In this document: in pieces, positions 10,013 to 21,038 of the stretch
Position numbering within the stretch: the stretch's first letter is position 1
How the letters are laid out: each line of letters begins with the position of its first letter
Origin: Nitrospirota bacterium
GTDB lineage: Bacteria > Nitrospirota > UBA9217
Assembly: GCA_963845065.1 (NCBI GenBank)
Contig: CAWJQQ010000001.1
Coordinates: forward strand, 544,001 to 608,000
DNA length: 64,000 nt
Reading direction: 5' to 3'
Translations under genes and position numbers: made by a program
Notes under the pieces: model-generated
The model's database searches: none
Seen by the model: the letters and a program-made list of their open reading frames with translations, nothing else
Told to the model about the DNA's origin: nothing

Positions 10013-11226
10013 CTATTGAGGAAAAAGCAAGAGATGCAGAGAAGAAATCTGCTGCCATCGGCCCGGATATCGATCTCACCGCATATTCCGGACAGGCCGA
10101 AAAACATGGCGAAATTCAAAGATTGACAGGACTGGCCGATGAGGTAAAAGAGCGGTCTGCCACCGTCGGCATTGATGCGGAGGAGATATGCAGGGCGGGG
10201 TCATTTTTTCAGATGGACAATTCAGTCATACTCTCTTCGGCCTATCTAGCTGGCCTTGAAGTAATGAACACCACAGAGGCGCTCAAAAAATATGAGTGGC
10301 TCAAGGACTACTGGTGGAAAGCCGTGCAGGTGGATGATGACAAATATACTGCCCAGGCCGAGTTGAAACAGCACAATGGCTACTTTTTGCGTGCCCTGCC
10401 CGGGTCGAAGGCGGAATTTCCCCTGCAGGCCTGCCTATATATGACGCGGGAAGGCATGGCCCAGAACGTACACAATGTAATCATCGCCGAAGAGGGCTCA
10501 GAGCTCAATGTCATCACCGGCTGCACAACTGCTCAGAACGTGAGGTCGGGGCTCCATGTCGGTGTCTCCGAGTTTTACGTGAAGAAGAACGCAAAGGTCA
10601 CCTTTACCATGATCCATAGCTGGGCAGAGGACGTGGTAGTGAGACCTAGGACCGGCACAATCGTGGAAGAAAACGGCGTTTTCATGAGCAACTATATATG
10701 CATGAGACCGGTAAAGACCCTCCAGATGTATCCAGTCACATACTGTATTGGCGAGAACGCTACGGTTCGGTACAATACCATTCTCTGCGCGCCAGAGGGA
10801 TCGAGTATGGATGTGGGCTCAAAGGTCTTCCTAAGAGCGAAGGGAAGCAGGGCGGAGGTGGTTGCAAGGGCTATCACGAAGGGTGGCGCCATCGTCACAA
10901 GGGGGAACTTGATCGGCGAGGTCCCCGGAATCAAAGCTCATCTAGAATGCCGGGGGCTCATCCTCTCCGAACGAGGCTCGATTCTCGCCATCCCCCAGCT
11001 CGACGGCAGAGTGAGTGGCGTTGATATGTCACACGAGGCTGCTGTCGGAAAGATCGCAGAGGAAGAGATCCAGTATCTCATGGCGCGGGGACTAACCGAC
11101 GAAGAGGCGACAGCCGCCATTGTCAGGGGTTTTTTGGACATTGAGATAAAGGGACTCCCGGAGCACCTCAAAGAAGAGATAAAAAAGGCGGTCGAGATGG
11201 GAGAAAAAGAGGAACGACTTTTGTGA
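10000..11226 (+). CDS. sufB: SufB/SufD-family Fe-S scaffold (SmsB-like)
   Basis: HNVIIAEEGS, ITGCT, HLECRGLIL, SHEAAVGKI, YLMARG; overlaps the sufC stop, RBS GAGGA. Confidence 0.88.
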   Translation: MSKVTIEEKARDAEKKSAAIGPDIDLTAYSGQAEKHGEIQRLTGLADEVKERSATVGIDAEEICRAGSFFQMDNSVILSSAYLAGLEVMNTTEALKKYEWLKDYWWKAVQVDDDKYTAQAELKQHNGYFLRALPGSKAEFPLQACLYMTREGMAQNVHNVIIAEEGSELNVITGCTTAQNVRSGLHVGVSEFYVKKNAKVTFTMIHSWAEDVVVRPRTGTIVEENGVFMSNYICMRPVKTLQMYPVTYCIGENATVRYNTILCAPEGSSMDVGSKVFLRAKGSRAEVVARAITKGGAIVTRGNLIGEVPGIKAHLECRGLILSERGSILAIPQLDGRVSGVDMSHEAAVGKIAEEEIQYLMARGLTDEEATAAIVRGFLDIEIKGLPEHLKEEIKKAVEMGEKEERLL

Positions 11227-11297
11227 AGGAGAGAAGAACGAAAGGTTTCCCACTTTGGACAGGATAGGGATGTGTTTGTATCTTTTATGGTAACAAT

Positions 11298-12571
11298 CAT
11301 CGCTGTCCGGTTAAAACAGCGCCCCTTGTATGGGCTCATCTTGTACAGCTAAAATCCGTTCAGGCTTCAGTGTTAGAATGTCGATAAGGTTCTTTCGTTC
11401 AAATAGCGTTTCCCTGATAACGCGACTCAGCGTCAATAAGGATTTCGCATACTTCGTCTGATATTTGATATATGTGAGCAGCAAGTAATAGCTCATCGCC
11501 ACCCAGATTTGCGTCATAACGGCATTTTTGCTGGTCCCGAGGAATGATTTGATCTTCAGGTTCTGCTTGATCCATTTGAAGAACAGCTCAATCTGCCAAC
11601 GGGACTTATAGATGGCCGCTATCGTTGAGGCTGCAAGCTTCATATTGTTGGTGAGGAATGTAAGGTGCTTCTTGGTTTCCTCATCATAGAACTCGATCAT
11701 TCGAAGTTCTTTGGGATAATAGTTCTTTGTACGGGTTCCGGTTAGGAGAATCATCTGGTCTTTCAGGACCCCTTTTCCGGTAACCGCATGCTGTCCGGTT
11801 ACGACACAATTGATATTGGACTTGGCGCGGGTAACGAACCAGACGCGCTTTTCATCCAGTGATTTCAGCCATTTGTAGTCGATATACGCCCGATCTATGG
11901 AAACGATGCTGTCCGGGGAGAGTGGGAAACCGGTTTCTTTAGCCACCTTAACATCATGTTTCTTACCATCGGTGATCGTTACAAACGACGGCAGTGCCCC
12001 TGAGTGGTCATAGAGGCAATGCATTTTAATCGCCCCCTTGGTCTTTCGGAACTTAGCCCAAGGAAAGACCGAGAGGCAAAGATCGATAACTGAAGCATCG
12101 ATAGAATACAACTCATTTTTGAACTTGAACCGATGTTTCGGCGTCAAGTCCTTGCAGCGAGAGAGAAGATGATAAAACAGATCTTCAAATATTTGAAAAC
12201 TTCGTTTGTTGTTGGCATCCGAGAAGGTGCTCCGATGAACGCCGGTAAGCCCCAGGTGATACCATCGGGACTCGTTAGCCTCCAGTCCCGTTACGATGTC
12301 CCGGATGCTGTCTTTTTGCTTGACCTGGGAGAACAGGATCGTGATATACTGTTGCCAGGTCGTATACGACTTTACGTATCGATCTCCCTGATACTGATTT
12401 ACGGCTTTTTCGAATTGATATCTCGGTACAAGTTTCAGCAGTTCTCCGAAGATGGTTTCCAACTTGCGCATGGCTTGTTCCTCCTTGCTGGAATAGGGTT
12501 CTCGCAAATCCTATTATCCAACAAACGAGGTATTCAGGCCATGCCTTTTTAATTTTAACCGGACGTTAATG
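11298..12571 (-). mobile_element. IS4 family element (1274 bp), 9-bp TSD GGTAACAAT
   Basis: IRs CATCGCTGTCCGGTTAAAA / CATTAACGTCCGGTTAAAA; TSD at 11289-11297 and 12572-12580. Confidence 0.92.
11311..12471 (-). CDS. IS4 family transposase (DUF4372 + DDE)
   Basis: IDASVIDL, DRAY, YKSRWQIELFFKWIKQ; start at MRKLET after RBS GGAGG. Confidence 0.93.
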   Translation of the reverse strand: MRKLETIFGELLKLVPRYQFEKAVNQYQGDRYVKSYTTWQQYITILFSQVKQKDSIRDIVTGLEANESRWYHLGLTGVHRSTFSDANNKRSFQIFEDLFYHLLSRCKDLTPKHRFKFKNELYSIDASVIDLCLSVFPWAKFRKTKGAIKMHCLYDHSGALPSFVTITDGKKHDVKVAKETGFPLSPDSIVSIDRAYIDYKWLKSLDEKRVWFVTRAKSNINCVVTGQHAVTGKGVLKDQMILLTGTRTKNYYPKELRMIEFYDEETKKHLTFLTNNMKLAASTIAAIYKSRWQIELFFKWIKQNLKIKSFLGTSKNAVMTQIWVAMSYYLLLTYIKYQTKYAKSLLTLSRVIRETLFERKNLIDILTLKPERILAVQDEPIQGALF

Positions 12572-12782
12572 GGTAACAATATCAAAGCAGGCTACGATTG
12601 CCATTTGGCCGTACCTCACCTGGAGATTGATCCGATCGACTGCTGTTTGCTGGCTGAACTTTCGAGTCGGGTTCATCGTCTGAATGGCGAGATCCCCTGT
12701 GAGGCCCGATTTATCGTCTCAACGCGGATTCCTCATTTTACTCTTATCTTGTCACATAAATTTTTTTCTAGATGAGAAAAAC

Positions 12783-13712
12783 TTATTTTCCGGAGTGTAC
12801 AATGATAACCGGAATTACGGCGTTTAAAATTGTCTCCCGGGCAGTGCTCCCGAAAAAAGCATTGAGTAAAGAGTTTCTGCCGTGTGTCCCCATGACTACG
12901 ATAGAATAGCCGCTTTCGCATTCCTGATATGCTGCACGCGAGGAAGTTATCGACTTCTCTTCGACCTTGTAGTCACACGGTACGCCGTGTTTCTGAAAGA
13001 AATTGGTTTTGCGTCTCATGGCATCAAGAGCAACATCCCGTAACTCGCCGATAATTTCATCGATATTAAATGCGGCCATCCCGGAGCATGCCGTGTTAAT
13101 TATAATTGCATTGATTCTATCCCACAGGCAATGAAACAAGGTAACTTTCGCTCCCATGCGTTTTGCAAGAGAGAGAGCATATTGTTCGGCTGCCCGGCAG
13201 TTTTTCTCGAGATTAGACAGCACGAGTATTTTATGTTGCTTCTGACCGGAGATATCCCAGTCCATTTCCTTAACTACGGGGCCGATTACCATTACAGGTC
13301 GCTTGGAGTGACGGATCACTTCTTCCGCGACACTGCCTATGAGCAAACGTTTCACTCCTTTCCGGCCTTGTGTTCCCACAACAACAAGCTCCGGGGATGA
13401 CCTGGAATGTAATATCCTCAAAATCTGTTCAGCCGGAGAACCGGTTTTTAAGGAACAGCAAACCGGTACGGTAAATTGACTGCCAATCTGCTCGAGTCTT
13501 TCCTCATGCGTAGAGTGCCGTGCCAGGAACTGAAATGCACTAAGTTTGCCAGATGCATAAGCTTTTAGATCTTCCACATAAAGTAAATCGATGCCGGTTT
13601 TGAATCGTTGGGCAAAGAAAGATGCAGCGTTCCATATTGCTTGCGAACGCCTTTTACCGGAGTCGGTCTGATTTTCAATGTCGTCAGCAACTAAAATCGA
13701 ACGTTGTGGCAT
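12783..13712 (-). CDS. Tandem-domain universal stress protein
   Basis: Two USP motifs: VVGTQGR...IGSVAEEVIR and VMGTHGR...FGSTARE. Confidence 0.9.
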   Translation of the reverse strand: MPQRSILVADDIENQTDSGKRRSQAIWNAASFFAQRFKTGIDLLYVEDLKAYASGKLSAFQFLARHSTHEERLEQIGSQFTVPVCCSLKTGSPAEQILRILHSRSSPELVVVGTQGRKGVKRLLIGSVAEEVIRHSKRPVMVIGPVVKEMDWDISGQKQHKILVLSNLEKNCRAAEQYALSLAKRMGAKVTLFHCLWDRINAIIINTACSGMAAFNIDEIIGELRDVALDAMRRKTNFFQKHGVPCDYKVEEKSITSSRAAYQECESGYSIVVMGTHGRNSLLNAFFGSTARETILNAVIPVIIVHSGK

Positions 13713-13803
13713 TCTCCACTCCTACTAATGGGTATCGCTAGCTCTATGGGGGACAATGGCAGATCTCATGATGACAGTCGACGGATATTCTGATTATGAG
13801 TTT

Positions 13804-15225
13804 TCAATTCGAATATTTCCTTCTGATATCATCAACAAGCACTGAGCGCAGATCCATCACTCTATTGCTTATCCCGACCTTGTAGATGTGGGGGTTCTCA
13901 AAACGCTTATGTTCTTCAGGCAACTGCCGTAGCCGCGCCTGAACATAGGCAGCAATCTGTTCAGGTTTTTCTCCATCTATAATTATTCTCCCTTTATCCA
14001 TGACCTTTTGCAACAATCTCTCTTTTTTATAAACGCTTACCAAGCTGCTTTTTTCGGGCTGATGCGGATGGTAAATGACATCGATATTGTCTTCATCGTC
14101 CAGTGCAATACAATCAGCATAAAACTGTCCGTTTTCATCCGTACACCTGAATACATTTTTGCGGCCGGGGAGGATTATTTTTTCGGGATTCTCCGATATT
14201 TTCAACCTTGGTTTATTATTGCTCATCGAGAGTTTATAAACGCCGTCAAGTGCGCCGTCAGCATGACCCGTAACAAGACTTGTGCCAACGCCGAAAGCAT
14301 CAATAGGAGATCCCTGTTCCAGCAGGCTTTTTATGACATATTCGTCCAGTTTGTTTGAGGCAACAATTCTGACATATGGCAGTCCTGCTTCATCGAGCAT
14401 CTCTCGGGCTTTTTTGCTGAGATAAGCGAGGTCGCCGCTGTCAATTCGCACGCCGAATAATCTGTCTCCGCGTGACTCCATCTCTCTGGCAACCATTATT
14501 GCGTTAGGCATACCGGACCTCAGCGTATTGTAAGTATCAACGAGCAAAACGCATCTCCCAGGAAATGCCTTTGCAAAATCTCTGAATGCGGATATTTCGT
14601 CGTCATACGCCTGGACCCATGAATGCGCCTGGGTACCCGTGGATGTGAGGCCGAACAGGAACGCGCTATAAAGGTTAGATGTACTGTTCGCGCCGCCGAG
14701 TACCGCGGCCTTGCTCGCAAGAATTCCACCGAGCCCATGCGCCCGACGTAGTCCAAAATCGATTACAAGTTTGTCACCGGCGGCACGCCTTATCCGCGCA
14801 GCTTTTGTGGCTATAAGCGTCTCAAAATTCAATATATTCAAAACCAATGTCTCTATGATCTGGGACTCAATAATATTCCCTTCCACGCGAACAACAGGTT
14901 CGAAAGGGAAAACAACCTCACCCTCCTTAGGAGCGTATATATCGGCCCTGAACTCGAATTTTTTGAGAAAACCAACAAACTCCGGAGCAAAACCGATAGA
15001 CTTCAGAAAGTTGCAGTCTTCGTCGTCATACCGGAGACCTACGAGAATTTCGAGCAGATCCCAGAGTCCCGTGAAAATCGCATACCCGCCGCAAAAGGGA
15101 TTTTTTCTGAAGAAATAATCGAAGCAGGCAGGAATATCTTTCATGTTGTTCAAAAAGTATCCTTGGGCCATAGTGAGTTCATAGTGATCAGTGTAAAGAC
15201 CTGCATGTTTTTCTAATAAGCTCAT
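13804..15225 (-). CDS. pncB: Nicotinate phosphoribosyltransferase
   Basis: LYTDHYELTM, DFGLRRAHG, GTQAHS, LVDTY, RIDSGD, FGVGT. Confidence 0.95.
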   Translation of the reverse strand: MSLLEKHAGLYTDHYELTMAQGYFLNNMKDIPACFDYFFRKNPFCGGYAIFTGLWDLLEILVGLRYDDEDCNFLKSIGFAPEFVGFLKKFEFRADIYAPKEGEVVFPFEPVVRVEGNIIESQIIETLVLNILNFETLIATKAARIRRAAGDKLVIDFGLRRAHGLGGILASKAAVLGGANSTSNLYSAFLFGLTSTGTQAHSWVQAYDDEISAFRDFAKAFPGRCVLLVDTYNTLRSGMPNAIMVAREMESRGDRLFGVRIDSGDLAYLSKKAREMLDEAGLPYVRIVASNKLDEYVIKSLLEQGSPIDAFGVGTSLVTGHADGALDGVYKLSMSNNKPRLKISENPEKIILPGRKNVFRCTDENGQFYADCIALDDEDNIDVIYHPHQPEKSSLVSVYKKERLLQKVMDKGRIIIDGEKPEQIAAYVQARLRQLPEEHKRFENPHIYKVGISNRVMDLRSVLVDDIRRKYSN

Positions 15226-15995
15226 AACCTCTGGCTCCTGATAAAAAATTGATTAAATGGCTCTTAAAAAATTCAGAAAAGTCTGTTATGTCATTTGGTC
15301 CATCGTTTTGCCGTTCCGAACGAATGTGAGGAATCTTATCCTCCATACTTGGGATAATTTACACGAGAAATCTTGGCTTTCTATACTGTCGTAAGGACTG
15401 CCTCACGCGCATTGCCCTATCCGCCGATGTTTTTACTGTCGTAGAGCGGCAAAGGCGACAGTATCCCTTCGAGTGCCGAACCCGGTAAGAGATTACTTTC
15501 GACAACGATTGTGCCAGGGGCGAAGGCTGATGCAAAGATGACCGACAAAAAGAACATAACAGGACTGAATGTGAGAGCTTCATAGGTACCACCTTGTGTC
15601 TCTGCCCAATTGGTATAATATTATTGTAGCACCGTCTCACCGTGATCCCTGTAATCATATGACAATTTCCAATAGTTTTTTTGTTTTACTATATAATTAA
15701 GGTGACATAAAGTAGATTCCAGTTACGTATAAGACTTTGCATTACTTTGTAGCTCCGTGATCTAAAGTTTTGTATGCACATTGAGCACAGAAGTTAATAC
15801 AGGCCGCAAGAGTGAGGAGCATCCTGGCACGTTTATCCTCCGGTGACTCCGCATCGATATTGTAGAGCATCTGGATCATTGGATCGAGAAAGGGTTCAAG
15901 GCAGGATGCAAAAGCGATACTTCGGGTGAAAGAAGCGACGGGATTACTCACTTGATATATTACGACGAGGATATCCTAGAATGGTATCACGCTAT

Positions 15996-16676
15996 ATGGC
16001 ATCGACGGAGTCTGTACAGGCGCTCATCAGGCAGCAACAGGGAAGGTTTTCTGCCGAACTCGGCATCGATCTTTCTGCGAAGCGCTCCCGAGAGATCTTT
16101 AAGTGGTTCCTTGCGTCCGTTCTCTTCGGCGCGAGGATATCCGATACCATCGTGAAAAAGACCTTCGGAGAGTTTGCTTCTCAGGAAGTCGTTTCTCCAA
16201 AAGCCATTCTCGATACCGGGTGGGATGGACTCGTCACAATCCTAGACGAAGGCGGCTATGTGCGTTACGACTTCAAGACTGCGACCAAGTTGTTGGATAT
16301 GTGCAAGGCGCTGACGGAGAACTACCACGCTGACTTGACGAATCTCCATAGCTCTGCAGTCGATCCGCGCGACCTCGAACAGAGGCTCAAGTCGCTCGCA
16401 AAGGGCATCGGCGACATGACCGTGAACATCTTCCTTCGGGAGATGCGGGGTGTCTGGAAAAAGGCAGATAGTCTTCCTTCAGATCTGGTAGTTATGGCGG
16501 CAAAAGACAGGGGCATTATCCCAAAGTCCGTGATGGACAAGAGAAAGGTCCTTGAGCTTCTGATGGATGCGTGGGAAAATGCAGGCATGCGGGCAATGGG
16601 CTTTCCTGACTTTGAGGCGGCCCTTGTGAGGGAGGGAATAAAAATGCGGAGGGAAAAAGCTCGTACCGGGAAATGA
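15996..16676 (+). CDS. HhH-GPD (endonuclease III-like) superfamily protein
   Basis: FKWFLASVLFGARI, GGYVRYD, KGIGDMTVNIFLRE helix-hairpin-helix. Confidence 0.7.
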   Translation: MASTESVQALIRQQQGRFSAELGIDLSAKRSREIFKWFLASVLFGARISDTIVKKTFGEFASQEVVSPKAILDTGWDGLVTILDEGGYVRYDFKTATKLLDMCKALTENYHADLTNLHSSAVDPRDLEQRLKSLAKGIGDMTVNIFLREMRGVWKKADSLPSDLVVMAAKDRGIIPKSVMDKRKVLELLMDAWENAGMRAMGFPDFEAALVREGIKMRREKARTGK

Positions 16677-16719
16677 TCGTACCAAGGCATAACATTCATC
16701 GTTCCTCAGGCGGGGCGAT

Positions 16720-17922
16720 CTAGCATATCGGGTATTTCCCCGTGCTCAATTCAAGGCAAAACTGGTTTATATTCGAAAACTTGGAATCGAAGATTTTCTC
16801 AGCCGTTTTGATGATCTCACGAACCTTTCTCCCACCTTCAAGCAAAATTTGCGCTGTGGCCACTTGTGGTCTGTCGATCGGCGTTCCGATCCTGCTAAGC
16901 AAGAGCACGTAAACCTCCCTTACGCCTTCGATATTCTCATAGAGGTCTTTTGCAATCTTGTGTGAGAGAACGCTATAAATCTTACCCACGTGGCTAACAG
17001 GGTTCTTGCCCGCAGCGGCCTCGGTCCCCATCGGTCTGTTCATGGAAATGAGGCCGTTCACTCGGTTGCCGCGGCCCACCTGCCCCGAATCTGCGTCCTC
17101 GGCAGACGTTCCGAGGATACTCAGATACACTCCGCCTAACCCTCTGCCGGTCGTATCAAGCGTGTTGAAGTGAATGCTAATATATTTAAAATCCTGAGAC
17201 CTCTCGACAAACTCCTGCATTTCCTTATGGAGGACACCTTTCTGTTCGAAATAATCCTGCTCGGATTTGACGTATTTACAGACAAGCGGCATGGCCACGG
17301 TGAGGTCTAAGTTGTCTTCCATACGTAGGCCCATGACTTTGATATCTTCCCCGGTCTCCGGGTGCTTTTTCTTGAATGGTTTGGAATTCAGATAACGCTC
17401 TAACTCGAGAACAATCCGTTCTGTAGGGCTCAGGGGATAATACCCTACTGCGGCAGAAGTATCGTTCGCACTCTTGATGGTGCCGAAACGAGAAAAAATG
17501 TCCGTTAGTTCGTCTGACCCGGGCGCAAGTACAATACGATATTTTAGGTGCTTCTCCGGATCTATATACCGCATGTTTTTTTTGAGCCACTTCTTCGCTG
17601 CGTCCACGGCGATCTCTGCTACGGGAATTTTCTTCCCTCCGGCGGAGAATGTGGCCCGGTCACCGATGATGAGTTCCATGGGCTTCAGCACTTTTCCACC
17701 GCCGAACCTCTTCTCCGTACGACCTGCCGCGAGCAACCCTTTATCTATATTGTGGTGAAGGATCGTCCCGAATTCCCTCATGTATTCTCTTGAAAGAGCT
17801 ATCGATATGGCTTCCATCATAGAATCACAGAGATAGTCGGGGTGGCCCGTCCCCTTGCGTTCGACGATCTCGACCCGCTGGTCGATGACAGATTTTCCCC
17901 TAAAAGGCTCGATAACAATCAT
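16720..17922 (-). CDS. mat: Methionine adenosyltransferase, archaeal type
   Basis: EIVERKGTGHPD, HHNIDK, ANDTS, GEDIKVMG, SGQVGRGNRVNGLI, AGKNPVSHVGKIY. Confidence 0.92.
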   Translation of the reverse strand: MIVIEPFRGKSVIDQRVEIVERKGTGHPDYLCDSMMEAISIALSREYMREFGTILHHNIDKGLLAAGRTEKRFGGGKVLKPMELIIGDRATFSAGGKKIPVAEIAVDAAKKWLKKNMRYIDPEKHLKYRIVLAPGSDELTDIFSRFGTIKSANDTSAAVGYYPLSPTERIVLELERYLNSKPFKKKHPETGEDIKVMGLRMEDNLDLTVAMPLVCKYVKSEQDYFEQKGVLHKEMQEFVERSQDFKYISIHFNTLDTTGRGLGGVYLSILGTSAEDADSGQVGRGNRVNGLISMNRPMGTEAAAGKNPVSHVGKIYSVLSHKIAKDLYENIEGVREVYVLLLSRIGTPIDRPQVATAQILLEGGRKVREIIKTAEKIFDSKFSNINQFCLELSTGKYPIC

Positions 17923-17994
17923 AGAGATAGTTTAGCAGAAATCGTCGGGCCTTTGTCTGCGTGGAGCATCTCTTTATAATTTATTTATCTCAAT

Positions 17995-18575
17995 GCGCCT
18001 TATATCCCCGGCCGTGAGGCCGGGGATATAAGGCGCTGGTTGTGAAGAAAACAAAGAATTGCTATTTTCACGATACAATGACAGTTGTTCACCTTCCTGA
18101 TATAATTACCACCATGACTGATCGAGCAAAAGAGCCCGATATACAAACAATGACTGTCGTTGGTAAAGCATTGGTAACAGACGACAGCACAGCTCTGTCC
18201 CTCGGGCTACTTGGTTTTTCCGCAACGAAGCTTTGGAGCACCGCTGTGTGGCTTACCAGGAACGTCTGGATGGCCACGGGGAAAATACTCACCTACCCCG
18301 GGCTTGATATCGCTCTTAAACAAGAGCATCCGCTCTGGTATCACCGGCTGCACTCCCAGAGCTCTCAGGCAATCCTGGAAGAGCTTCGGCAGTCCTATCA
18401 ATCATGGTTTGCGCTCCGTAATAAAGGAGATAGGAAAGCCAATCCCCCTGGTTTCAGAAAAACTGATCTGTCAACGGTGACATTCAAACAAAGCGCCGTA
18501 ACATGGAACGCTCGTACATCGACGGTGCGCCTCAGCATCCCGAAGGACATCTACGGATGGGCGTGGATTATATAG
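17995..18575 (+). mobile_element. tnpB: Truncated IS200/IS605 element: left-end hairpin plus N-terminal tnpB fragment
   Basis: Perfect 19-bp-stem hairpin at 17995-18036; ORF with LHSQSSQAILEEL..SYQSWFALR...ANPPGFRK; RuvC absent. Confidence 0.75.
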
Positions 18576-18626
18576 TTCTGCCCTCAGCCCGGAAAGGAAT
18601 CCGCTAAGCAGATTTGACAATTACCG

Positions 18627-18995
18627 CTAGGCCGAAGACTTTGTTTTCCTAAAAGCCATCGTATAAATCCACATATTGACGATGATAAGAACGATGGTCG
18701 ATACGAAGATGATCGCGGGCGAGATATCGACATAAACAAGCCGTTCTGCGTAGTGGGCTATAAACGAGCCGGGATAAACCTGTGCCGTGCCCTGTTTTTC
18801 TCTGAGCCAGACCTCAAGGTGTGTGAGAGGGCAGTACCAGCCCAAAATCTGGCTGGTAACTGCGAAGATAAGCCCCGTCCCCTGGACCAAAATCACCACA
18901 CCGTTCTTTCTACCCCAGTAAGCACCGCCAATTAGAAAAAGTATCCAGAGAAGATGAACAAGGATGATGATGTCTGCAAGGACTCGGAAAAGCAT
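18627..18995 (-). CDS. DUF2784-like membrane protein
   Basis: LADIIILVHLLWILF...GWYCPLTHLEVWLR...GSFIAHY. Confidence 0.8.
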   Translation of the reverse strand: MLFRVLADIIILVHLLWILFLIGGAYWGRKNGVVILVQGTGLIFAVTSQILGWYCPLTHLEVWLREKQGTAQVYPGSFIAHYAERLVYVDISPAIIFVSTIVLIIVNMWIYTMAFRKTKSSA

Positions 18996-19310
18996 AAAAT
19001 GTTCGCCCTTCTGATGCCATTCATCCCCTCGTCTTTTCCCCGATAAGAAGCGTGTTGGGATGAGGGGGATAGTCTGTGAATATATAAACAATCATTTTTG
19101 TTTATATTAGTTTATCATGGCAAAGCCTCGTGTCGTTATTTTATAAAATCTATTTAGACCTGTTAATACAAGAAAGGATCGGCAAACCGCAAATTGTCGT
19201 GATATGCCGATGCACAAACAAGTGCAATAAAAAACGTTGTACAATGAGTTTTTTTTGCTATAGCATATGCCACATAAATAACAATTGAGAACAGCCGATT
19301 GTTGAATATG

Positions 19311-19479
19311 GAAGATTAGCCTGGGTTTTGGTGCAGAGGTAAAGAGAGTATATGCGCCTCGATGCGAGTTGCGGTGTGCAAGCCCTTACGTGTTGCAGAG
19401 AGGGAAGCCTGAAGCATCTGCTGAGGCAAAAAAGTTTTGGCCCAACCTCATGTAGGCTCAAAACCCGGGTAATTTTTTC
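19311..19479 (+). ncRNA. Putative structured ncRNA (long irregular hairpin)
   Basis: Three nested complementary segments, upstream promoter-like motif and downstream T-tract; see findings. Confidence 0.4.
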
Positions 19480-19847
19480 TCGTCTTCGGACGTTTCTATC
19501 ATCTACTATTCAAATCTTCGTCATACACTTCAGGTATCAGGCATTTTGAATTATCTCTTTGTCGTTTGTCCTCCCTGAAATATCGACACCGAAGCGCCGT
19601 GAAATTTTATACTTTAATATCTTCTATAGTGACATGGTCAATTCCCAATTTTATTTTCTCTCTATCGCGGCAATCACTCAAGACAGTATCTCTCTCCTTG
19701 TTCATAAGAAAGTTGCAGAGTATGTCCGAATAGTTTGGGGCGGAGTAAGCGGAAAAGATGCTCTCTTGGTACGGCCAGTATAGGAAAAGGCCGTGGAATA
19801 CTATTCCCCGGCCTTGAAATTTTTTTCGCGCCTCAGCGGTTCAACGG

Positions 19848-20963
19848 CTATGCCGCTAGGGAGCGCGAGCGTACAGCGAACCTTTTTTCGAGGATTGCAA
19901 GCTTCTCCATAATCCCAGTATACTCCAGCTCATCCATAGGCAGCATGGCTGCGCCGAAGAAACCCTGTCTTCGCATATCCATTGCTTTGTCGGCAACGTG
20001 GTCCCGTACCCGGTCCCAGAAAGGATGGTCAAAGGCATCGATCGTTTCGGTCAGTTTGCCCTCGCGCAAACAGAACGCTGCGCAGCTCACAATAGGCGGT
20101 CCATCGAAATAGCTAATCGGCGAATTCAGTTTCACCGGCATGAGCGGCATGTTGTGCGAGCCGCGCATGCAGCCGGCAACAAAATGGCCTACCGCGAACG
20201 GCTGCAGGACCTCACCTGTAGCAGGGAAATCCATTTGACTCCGAACTAGCATCACGGGGTCATCCTTACCCGTATACTTGCCTGCGATATTATGTAGCCG
20301 CGACGTTGCAACCGACACGGCCTGCGTTCCTGCTGCGCGGGACCAGATTGATTCGACTACGTACCGTTCAGGATCACGTAGAAGCGTAGCGATCTCATAC
20401 ATATCCTCAGGCGCATTCAGCTCGATAACCCGGTCGCCCTCGGCATAGTGCACGTCCATGATCACGAATCGGAAACCTTTCCCCATCTTGGGAGAGAGCA
20501 TCAGCCCTGGAGTATTCATAGCATCGGCAAAAGCCATATATAGAGGGAAATTGTAGGCACCCGGGTCTGTCTTGTCAGCTGCAAAAAACATAATAGGTTC
20601 CCCGGGCCGTTCCTCGAACTCCATCTCTGTGACCGCAGGTCCCATGCCGCGCACGTTGCCGGAGAAGGAGTCTTTCAGTAGGTCCTGACCCGCGCCATAG
20701 AGACCCTGTGACTTCGCCACGGCGGTCCCAGCGAGAAAAGCATCCCACGCGAGTTTGTGCACCTGTTTATTCCCTTCTCCACTGACATGAGTCATTAAGA
20801 TTGCGACATCGTCTCCCGTAGAGCTCACATAACTATCGATCAGCATGCCCTTGCCTTTTTCCTCCACGTATTTCTTTACGGTCTCGAAGAGCTTTCCCGA
20901 GGGGGCGATGTGACCTCCCACGGACCCGATATCAGCTTTTATGACGCTCAAGGTGATCTTCAT
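19848..20963 (-). CDS. fbp: Bifunctional fructose-1,6-bisphosphate aldolase/phosphatase (class V FBPase)
   Basis: LSVIKADIGSVGGH, GLYGAGQDLL, ADKTDPGAYN, GKYTGKDDP, ELEYT. Confidence 0.95.
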   Translation of the reverse strand: MKITLSVIKADIGSVGGHIAPSGKLFETVKKYVEEKGKGMLIDSYVSSTGDDVAILMTHVSGEGNKQVHKLAWDAFLAGTAVAKSQGLYGAGQDLLKDSFSGNVRGMGPAVTEMEFEERPGEPIMFFAADKTDPGAYNFPLYMAFADAMNTPGLMLSPKMGKGFRFVIMDVHYAEGDRVIELNAPEDMYEIATLLRDPERYVVESIWSRAAGTQAVSVATSRLHNIAGKYTGKDDPVMLVRSQMDFPATGEVLQPFAVGHFVAGCMRGSHNMPLMPVKLNSPISYFDGPPIVSCAAFCLREGKLTETIDAFDHPFWDRVRDHVADKAMDMRRQGFFGAAMLPMDELEYTGIMEKLAILEKRFAVRSRSLAA

Positions 20964-21038
20964 GGGAACCTCCTATTTAAATAGGTTGAAAAACCAGACA
21001 GGTACAGGACACATGCTTTTATTATAATGATAGCACAA

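Noticed and set aside
19330..19460. Lysine or cobalamin riboswitch (AGAGG..AGAGTA, AGGGAA)
   Set aside because: Remaining conserved motifs are absent and there is no downstream sense gene; kept only as an unknown ncRNA candidate
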